NCBI GenBank assembly: GCA_007695015.1
Contig: REEN01000055.1
Coordinates: 13,788 to 77,787, forward strand
DNA from: Marinilabiliales bacterium
Lineage (GTDB): Bacteria > Bacteroidota > Bacteroidia > Bacteroidales > PUMT01
DNA: 64,000 nucleotides
Direction of reading: 5' to 3'
Below the pieces are notes generated by a model that searched no databases, had not been told where the DNA came from, and saw only the letters and a program-made list of their open reading frames with translations. The stretch's first letter is position 1; each line of letters opens with the position of its first letter. Position numbers and translations under genes: made by a program. Of the stretch, positions 57,735 through 64,000 are shown in pieces.

Positions 57735-59009
57735 TTATTCCTTACCGGGGAAAACTGCAGCTGTTCTGTCGGGGCCCAGGGAGATCATGGTAACGGGCAC
57801 CCCGGTTTCTTCCTCGATATAACTGATGTATTTTTTGAATTCAGCAGGAAGATCATCGCAGCTCTTTATTGAAGAGAGATCTTCATTCCATCCGCTGAAT
57901 TCCCGGTATACAGGTTCCAGGTTGCCTGCCATATCATAAGGCATGGTTTCCGTTACTCTGCCTTCATGTTTGTAGGCAGTACATATATTTATAGAATCCA
58001 GCCCTGTCAGCACATCAGCCTTTGTGATCATAAGCTGCGTAACACCATTTATCAAAACAGAATACTTCAGCGCCGGCAGGTCCAGCCAGCCGCATCGCCT
58101 TGGCCGGCCGGTGGTTGACCCGAACTCTTTGCCCTGATCCCTTATCCTGTCACCCGTCTCATCAGTCAGTTCGGTAGGGAAGGGGCCGCCTCCTACCCGG
58201 GTGCAGTATGCCTTGAAGACACCAATAACTTCACCTGTTTTTGATGGTGCAATGCCAAGTCCGGTACAGGCACCGGCACATACCGTATTTGATGATGTAA
58301 CGTACGGATAAGATCCAAAATCAATGTCCAGTAGTGTACCCTGTGCACCTTCTGCGAGGATCTTCTTATTTTCTGCCAGCAGGTTATTGATAAAGTACTC
58401 ACTGTCAACCACCTGAAACTCCTTTATCTTCTCAATCCCACGGAACCACTCTTCTTCATAATTCTCTGGTTTATCATCAAAGTCATATTGCTTCAGGATC
58501 GCACGGTGCTTTTCTTTGAGAAAACTGTATCTGTCATTAAAGCCGGGCAGCATTATGTCGCCTATCCTGAGTCCGTTACGCCCTGTCTTATCCATATAGG
58601 CCGGACCGATACCCTTGAGTGTGGATCCTATTTTTGAATTACCTTTCAGGGCTTCAGAAGCAGCATCCAGAAGCCGGTGTGAGGGAAGTATAAGATGGGC
58701 TTTTCTGGATATGAACAGGTTGTTGACCGCGTTGACTCCCAGACTCCCGAGAGCGTCTATCTCCTTTTTGAATACTGTAGGATCTATTACTACCCCGTTC
58801 CCGATCAGATTTATCTTCCCGGCGTGGAAAATCCCAGAGGGTATTGTATGAAGAATATGCTTTATTCCGCTGAACTCAAGTGAATGTCCGGCATTGGGGC
58901 CACCCTGGAACCGGGCAATAACATCGTATTCAGGGGCCAGAACATCGACTATTTTTCCTTTTCCCTCGTCTCCCCACTGGAGACCCAGCAAAACATCTAT
59001 TTTGTGCAT
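57735..59009 (-). CDS. purA: adenylosuccinate synthase
   Basis: LLGLQWGDEGKGK, GGPNAGH and GSTTGRPRRCGWLD motifs. I prefer the ATG at 59009 (MHKIDVLLG...); the track start at 59015 is TTG. Confidence 0.95.
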   Translation of the reverse strand: MHKIDVLLGLQWGDEGKGKIVDVLAPEYDVIARFQGGPNAGHSLEFSGIKHILHTIPSGIFHAGKINLIGNGVVIDPTVFKKEIDALGSLGVNAVNNLFISRKAHLILPSHRLLDAASEALKGNSKIGSTLKGIGPAYMDKTGRNGLRIGDIMLPGFNDRYSFLKEKHRAILKQYDFDDKPENYEEEWFRGIEKIKEFQVVDSEYFINNLLAENKKILAEGAQGTLLDIDFGSYPYVTSSNTVCAGACTGLGIAPSKTGEVIGVFKAYCTRVGGGPFPTELTDETGDRIRDQGKEFGSTTGRPRRCGWLDLPALKYSVLINGVTQLMITKADVLTGLDSINICTAYKHEGRVTETMPYDMAGNLEPVYREFSGWNEDLSSIKSCDDLPAEFKKYISYIEEETGVPVTMISLGPDRTAAVFPGKE

Positions 59010-59015
59010 TGTCAA

Positions 59016-59456
59016 TTATTTTTCTTCCCGCTGGCCGTATATGTAGAGTGAATGGTGAGTCGGTTTGAAGTTGGCAAGCTTGCAGGCGGTCTTTATTATC
59101 TCCTGTATGCGGGGATCGCAGAACTCTATCACTTCTCCGGTCTTCGTATCTATAAGGTGGTCGTGCTGCTTGCACTCATGTGCTTTTTCAAACTGGGCAA
59201 TGTTCTTGCCGAACTGGTGCTTAATAACAAGGTTGCATTCCAGCAGAAGGTCAATGGTATTGTACAGGGTAGCCCGGCTGACCCTGTAATTCTTATTTTT
59301 CATTGAGATATAGAGTGATTCAATATCAAAATGTCCTTCATGACTGTATATCTCTTCAAGGATTGCATACCTTTCGGGTGTTTTCCGGTGGCCTTTTTTT
59401 TCAAGGTACTCGGTAAACAGCTTCTTAACAGTATCTTTGGAATCAATGCACCCCAT
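59016..59456 (-). CDS. Fur-family transcriptional repressor
   Basis: 146 aa. Winged helix ([26 protein letters not shown]) and a metal-site region ([22 protein letters not shown]). Confidence 0.85.
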   Translation of the reverse strand: MGCIDSKDTVKKLFTEYLEKKGHRKTPERYAILEEIYSHEGHFDIESLYISMKNKNYRVSRATLYNTIDLLLECNLVIKHQFGKNIAQFEKAHECKQHDHLIDTKTGEVIEFCDPRIQEIIKTACKLANFKPTHHSLYIYGQREEK

Positions 59457-59535
59457 AAATAGTCTAATTTAAAATAATCCTAAAAATAGCAAAAATTGTG
59501 TAATCGCGGTAAGGTTTAGACGGATTTAATAAAAA

Positions 59536-61782
59536 TTACTCTCTTCCGGCATCAATCCTGTTAACGGAAATAACCCCGTTAATCTTAAACAGATTCATGA
59601 TAAGATTGTTCAGGTGCTTGGTATCATGAACATAAAGTTCTATGCTTCCCTCAAAGATACCATCGTGAGTTTCAACATTGATTTTCCTGATATTGGCATT
59701 CAAATCGTGAGAGATCACATTTGTTATCGAATTGACGATCCCTATCTTGTCGATCCCCTGGATTTTTATACCGGCCAAAAAGGAGAGTATCTTGTGACTG
59801 GTCCACCGCGCTGATACAATAAGGTTGCCGTGACTTGACATCAGCTTGGTTGCCGTGGGGCATTTAGCAGAATGAATTATGATGGTCTCGTTCGGGCTTT
59901 TGTAACCTACGATTTCATCTCCTGGAATAGGACTGCAGCACTTTGCAATCCGGTAATTCTTCCCGGGCTCATCAACGCCCTCCCTTATAATAAGTGGCTT
60001 GCCAAGATCTATGGCAGGTGTCTTCTGATCGCTTTCGGCAACTTTCCTGCCTTTTTGCAGGTTCTTGCTGTATGTCAGTTCCCAGTATTTGATCCATTTG
60101 CTGCGGGTATTCTTTTTGAGTACCTTTTTCAGGTTATCAAGGGTGATTATTCCGCTTCCAATTTTAAGGTAGAGATCATCTTTGCCCGACACCTCATAAC
60201 CGGTTATCAGCTTTTTTATTATCCTTGAGTTTGGATGCAGGCTGATGTCTCTTAGTTTCTCCTCAAGGATTTTTTTGCCTGTTTCAATATGAATTTTGTT
60301 TTCAGCCCTGAGAGCGCTTTTTATATTGGACTTGGCACGGGCGGTAATTGCATAATCAAGCCACTCACGCTGCGTACGCTGTATATCGGATGTAAGCACT
60401 TCAACCTGGTCACCGCTCGACAGGGTGTGGCTCAACGGCACCAGCTTCTGGTTGACTTTGGCACCTATGGCCCTGTTTCCAACTTCAGTATGTATCTCGT
60501 AGGCAAAGTCAATCACAGATGCATTTTTGGGAAGAGTTATAATTTTACCCTTAGGTGTAAAAACCAGTATCTCCGATGAATACAGGTTGAGCTTGAACTC
60601 ATCCATGAACTCCAGTGCGTCGGTATCAGGATTGTCAAGCAATTCCCTGATCCTCTTTATCCATTTGTCAAGTTCAGATTCTCCCTGCCCGTTGTTCTTG
60701 TATTTCCAGTGAGCTGCAAATCCCCTTTCGGCAATGTCGTTCATCCTGGTGGTCCGGATCTGCACTTCCACCCATTTGCCGTTGGGCCCCATCACCGTTC
60801 CGTGAAGGGCTTCATACCCGTTTGCTTTTGGAGTGCTCACCCAGTCCCTTATCCTCTCAGGCTTCGGCATGTAAATGTCGGTTATCAGGGAATAGATGTT
60901 CCAGCACTGCACCTTCTCAGGTATGCTGGGATTGGGCTCAAAAACTACCCGTATGGCAAAAAGGTCAAATATCTCCTCGAACTTGACCTTCTTCGCCTCC
61001 ATCTTTGAGAATATTGAATTTATGGATTTCGGCCTTCCGCTTATGTCATACTCTATATTGTGTTCATTCAGTTTCTCAATGATTGGCAGTGAGAACTTGT
61101 TGATGAAAAGCAGTCTTTTCTTTTCGCTGTCCTTTATTTTCTGGGATATTTCATTATAAATAGCGGGGTTCTGGTATTTAAGGGCGAGATCCTCCAGCTC
61201 GGTCTTGATGGTGTAGAGGCCAAGTCTGTGAGCAAGCGGCGCAAAAAGGAAATTGGTCTCACCCGCCACTTTCAGCTGCTTGTTCCGCGAAAGCGAATCA
61301 AGGGTTCTCATATTATCAAGGCGGTCGGCAAGTTTGATCAGGATAACCCGTACATCGTCCGACAATGTCAGAAGGAGTTTTCTGAAATTCTCTAACTGGA
61401 TTGTTGACTTCTTGTCAAATACACCGGCGATCTTGGTCAGCCCGTCAATTATAACGGCTATCTTATTGCCGAAATTCAGGCTTATGTCATCAAGTGTGTA
61501 TTCGGTATCTTCAACAACATCATGCAGGAGCGCCGAGATAACCGAACTGGCACCCAGCCCGATCTCATAGGCAACTATCTTGCTTACGGATATGGGATGG
61601 ATAATATAGGGCTCTCCCGACTTCCTTCTCATATCCCGGTGTGCCTCGTTGGCAAACTGGAAAGCTTTTTTTATAAGCTTTCTGTCTTTCTGATCGGTAA
61701 TATGTGAGCAGTGATCGAGCAGATCTTTGAAACGTGCTTCAATATCCCTTATTTCCTCTTCTGTTTGAAACTTTACTGCCAT
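59536..61782 (-). CDS. bifunctional RelA/SpoT-homolog (p)ppGpp synthetase/hydrolase
   Basis: HD hydrolase motif (RRKSGEPYIIHPISV...LLHDVVEDT). Synthetase block (GRPKSINSIFSKM, DLFAIRVV, YEALHGTV). TGS and C-terminal ACT-like regions. I prefer the ATG at 61782; the track start at 61788 is TTG. Confidence 0.92.
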   Translation of the reverse strand: MAVKFQTEEEIRDIEARFKDLLDHCSHITDQKDRKLIKKAFQFANEAHRDMRRKSGEPYIIHPISVSKIVAYEIGLGASSVISALLHDVVEDTEYTLDDISLNFGNKIAVIIDGLTKIAGVFDKKSTIQLENFRKLLLTLSDDVRVILIKLADRLDNMRTLDSLSRNKQLKVAGETNFLFAPLAHRLGLYTIKTELEDLALKYQNPAIYNEISQKIKDSEKKRLLFINKFSLPIIEKLNEHNIEYDISGRPKSINSIFSKMEAKKVKFEEIFDLFAIRVVFEPNPSIPEKVQCWNIYSLITDIYMPKPERIRDWVSTPKANGYEALHGTVMGPNGKWVEVQIRTTRMNDIAERGFAAHWKYKNNGQGESELDKWIKRIRELLDNPDTDALEFMDEFKLNLYSSEILVFTPKGKIITLPKNASVIDFAYEIHTEVGNRAIGAKVNQKLVPLSHTLSSGDQVEVLTSDIQRTQREWLDYAITARAKSNIKSALRAENKIHIETGKKILEEKLRDISLHPNSRIIKKLITGYEVSGKDDLYLKIGSGIITLDNLKKVLKKNTRSKWIKYWELTYSKNLQKGRKVAESDQKTPAIDLGKPLIIREGVDEPGKNYRIAKCCSPIPGDEIVGYKSPNETIIIHSAKCPTATKLMSSHGNLIVSARWTSHKILSFLAGIKIQGIDKIGIVNSITNVISHDLNANIRKINVETHDGIFEGSIELYVHDTKHLNNLIMNLFKINGVISVNRIDAGRE

Positions 61783-61937
61783 CTGCAACTCTTAAACCTG
61801 ACCAACCTCAAAAAAACCGGGGTCTGTTAGCTTAACAAAATTAATCATTTTGGGGCGTTTCTCAACCGATATACTACAGATTATTCTGCAGATTGAACGT
61901 TATGTAATCCGGTTTTATTGAGAGTTATCAGTCAATA

Positions 61938-63206
61938 TTATTGTCCTGCAACAACTTCAGTCATTTCGCCGGTTAACAGGTATCTGCCGGCAAGGTCCTG
62001 CAGCCTGGCAGCTGATATGCCGTTTATCGTTTCAATCAGAATATCGATAAAACCGTCGTCCAGGTCATGCTCAACCAGGTTCCTGATGCTTTCAAGCCAT
62101 GCGAAGGGGCCATCGAAACTACCCAGGATTTCACCAAGCATCAGGCTTTTTGTCAGCTCAAGTTCTTTTTTTGACACCGGCTTGTTCCTGAGCCTGTCAA
62201 GTTCATTATATATCTCTTTAACTGCATCCTTTCTGTATCCGGCTCCCACCTCAGAGATTACCGCTATATATCCGCTGTGCCTGAGACCCGCCAGAACTGA
62301 TCCGATACCGTAGGTGTATCCTCTCTTCTCACGGATGTTCTGCATAAGACGTGATCCGAAATGGCCGCCCAGAATGCTGTTAAGCACCATCATCCCGGGG
62401 AAATCAGGGTGCGACCGGTTAAACAGCCGGCGGCCGATTCTCAGGGCGGACTGGACAGCATCTTCTTTTAATATCAGTAAATCTCTTTTTTCAGTTTGAA
62501 GCGGTTGCGGCATACTCATTTCCGCTTCCGGGGGTGACAGCCACCCGGTGCCTCCCAAAGTTTTGTCCAGCAATTTTGCAATGCTGTCTTCATCATAGCT
62601 TCCTGATATAAAAACGGCACAGTTGCCGGTTTTGTAAAAATCCCTGTGAAATGCATGCAGGTCATCGCTGCTGACATTTTTAAAATGTTCCGGTTGCAGG
62701 ATCTGGCCGTATGGATGATCTTTTCCATAAAGAGCAGAGGAAAACTGCTCCCTGGCAATGGTTCCGACCCTGTTCATTTCGATCATGTAGCTCTGCAATT
62801 TTCTTTCAAGCAGTGTTTCAAGTTCCCTTTCGGGGAAGGAGGGGACCTTGATGATCTCCCCGATTAGGGGCAGCAAGGACTCCAGGTGCTTTGTAAGCGA
62901 ATAGATGCTTACAAAGGCATTATCACGGTCAATATGGGTATTAATGTAGGAGCCAAAATAATCGGTTTTCTGTGCAATTTCATCACCTGAATGATATATC
63001 GTGCCCTCTGTCAACATTGCGTTTGCAGAAGATGCAACAAGTGGTTTTGGCTGCCACCATGAGCCTGCCCTGAAAAGGATGTCTACCCTGGCCACAGGCT
63101 GGCTCCCTGCCCTGATCATGTATACGGGAACAGAGTTACCAAGCCTTATCTGCCTGGGTTTAACAGGGCCTGGCCTGGGGAATTTATCTGTTACTGGTTT
63201 TTTCAT
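61938..63206 (-). CDS. M16 (pitrilysin/insulinase) family peptidase-like protein
   Basis: 422 aa with two M16-type halves. I saw no HxxEH motif, so it is probably the non-catalytic partner of the upstream gene. Confidence 0.75.
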   Translation of the reverse strand: MKKPVTDKFPRPGPVKPRQIRLGNSVPVYMIRAGSQPVARVDILFRAGSWWQPKPLVASSANAMLTEGTIYHSGDEIAQKTDYFGSYINTHIDRDNAFVSIYSLTKHLESLLPLIGEIIKVPSFPERELETLLERKLQSYMIEMNRVGTIAREQFSSALYGKDHPYGQILQPEHFKNVSSDDLHAFHRDFYKTGNCAVFISGSYDEDSIAKLLDKTLGGTGWLSPPEAEMSMPQPLQTEKRDLLILKEDAVQSALRIGRRLFNRSHPDFPGMMVLNSILGGHFGSRLMQNIREKRGYTYGIGSVLAGLRHSGYIAVISEVGAGYRKDAVKEIYNELDRLRNKPVSKKELELTKSLMLGEILGSFDGPFAWLESIRNLVEHDLDDGFIDILIETINGISAARLQDLAGRYLLTGEMTEVVAGQ

Positions 63207-63236
63207 ATCCTTTTGTGTGCTTTAGCTCATGGGGGG

Positions 63237-64000
63237 TCATGTTTTTGATCTGTCCCGGGGCAGGTAAAAAAGTACAGATGAATTTTCCGGTCTGAACAGG
63301 ATTGATGCCTGCTGAACAATATCATGTGGTTTAACTTTTTTGTACAGGGCAATTTCATCGTTGAGGTAAGCAGCATCTCCTATAAGCTCATAATATGCCA
63401 GGTCGATTGCCTTATTAAGAATGCCGGTATGCGTGTAATGCCTGGTAGCTTCAAGTTTGTTCATGACCTTGTCAAGCTCCTTTTTTACAGGAGGTTCTGT
63501 GATTATCCTGTTGACCTCTGCTGTCATCTCATTATATGCCTGTTCTGCTTCAATATCCTCTGCTACCATTCCGTGTACAATGAAAAGGCCAGGATCCCGG
63601 TCTCCTGTTATATAGGCATTCACATTGCTGAATATCTTTTTTTCCATCACAAGGCGCCTGTAAAACCGGGAGGACCTGCCCCCGGCCAACAGGTCGGATA
63701 TGAGGTCAGTCGCATAATAATCCGGGTCATTCCTGCCGCACATATGGTAAGCAACCGTGATCTGGCCGGAAGGAACGTCACGGTAAACTGTTTCCTGCCT
63801 CATCTCCTTCCGGGGTTGTTCGGCAGGCAGAGAACGGGTAACGGGTTCTCCTCCCTTCAAATGCCCGAACCACTTTTCTGCAAGATCAATGCTGTGCTCC
63901 TCATCCATTCCGCCCGCAACGGCAAGGATTGCATTGGCCGGACAGTAATGGTGTTTGTAGAACCTGCTCATATCGTCAAGGCTTATCCTGGCGATGTGGG
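63237..64000 (-). CDS. M16 family peptidase, C-terminal part; 5' end lies beyond the right window edge
   Basis: The frame is open to base 64000. YKHHYCPANAILAVAGGMDEEHSIDLAEKWFG is typical of the end of the M16 N-domain, and an M16 C-domain follows. Confidence 0.8.
   Translation of the reverse strand, partial: HIARISLDDMSRFYKHHYCPANAILAVAGGMDEEHSIDLAEKWFGHLKGGEPVTRSLPAEQPRKEMRQETVYRDVPSGQITVAYHMCGRNDPDYYATDLISDLLAGGRSSRFYRRLVMEKKIFSNVNAYITGDRDPGLFIVHGMVAEDIEAEQAYNEMTAEVNRIITEPPVKKELDKVMNKLEATRHYTHTGILNKAIDLAYYELIGDAAYLNDEIALYKKVKPHDIVQQASILFRPENSSVLFYLPRDRSKT

Noticed and set aside
1-64000. A window-wide look for CRISPR repeats, IS or transposase genes, integrases, phage genes, toxin-antitoxin pairs or known defence-gene signatures.
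   Set aside because: I found no regularly spaced direct repeats, and no recombinase, transposase or reverse-transcriptase motifs in any listed ORF. The gene content is housekeeping throughout. The YwqK-like MORN protein is a secreted repeat protein, not part of a TA pair here.

Overview
This window looks like a gene-dense core-chromosome segment of a Bacteroidota-type genome. The lineage call rests on a TTTG/TAnnTTTG-type promoter, a MurF-Alr fusion, split LptF/LptG-family permeases, SPOR and MORN-variant proteins, and a GH20 gene paired with a DUF5009-like gene. I call 54 protein-coding genes, including 2 cut by the window edges. I also call one tRNA (anticodon CAT), one frameshifted ribosomal-protein gene (rpmH), and a few terminators, hairpins and one promoter. 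Most genes are housekeeping:
- Cofactor, nucleotide and isoprenoid metabolism: ribBA, panB, cdd, tdk, purA, ispE, nnr.
- Replication, repair, chaperone and helicase functions: dnaB, xseA/xseB, dnaK and a DEAD-box helicase.
- Translation and RNA modification: fmt, tgt, rsmG, rsmI and an RluA-family synthase.
- Stress control: an RSH (p)ppGpp enzyme and fur.
- Envelope: a murF-alr fusion, glycosyltransferases and Lpt permeases.
- Transport: two AbgT transporters, one SSF and one MFS.

I saw no integrase, transposase, CRISPR array, phage genes or recognisable defence operon, and I cannot support a claim of a wholly new system. Five places most deserve a second look:
1. rpmH is split across two frames inside an A-rich tract.
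2. xseA and xseB are separated by two tandem, tightly packed TPR sensor histidine kinase genes with no response regulator nearby.
3. A V8/trypsin-like protein has its catalytic His and Ser replaced (Cys, Ala) and sits behind about 430 bp of non-coding DNA.
4. An orphan REC-PAS-adenylate cyclase.
5. An AbgT-PepD pair joined by a structured intercistronic spacer, with a second AbgT paralog 4 kb away.

All calls come from hand reading of the sequence and the supplied ORF translations. No database search was run.
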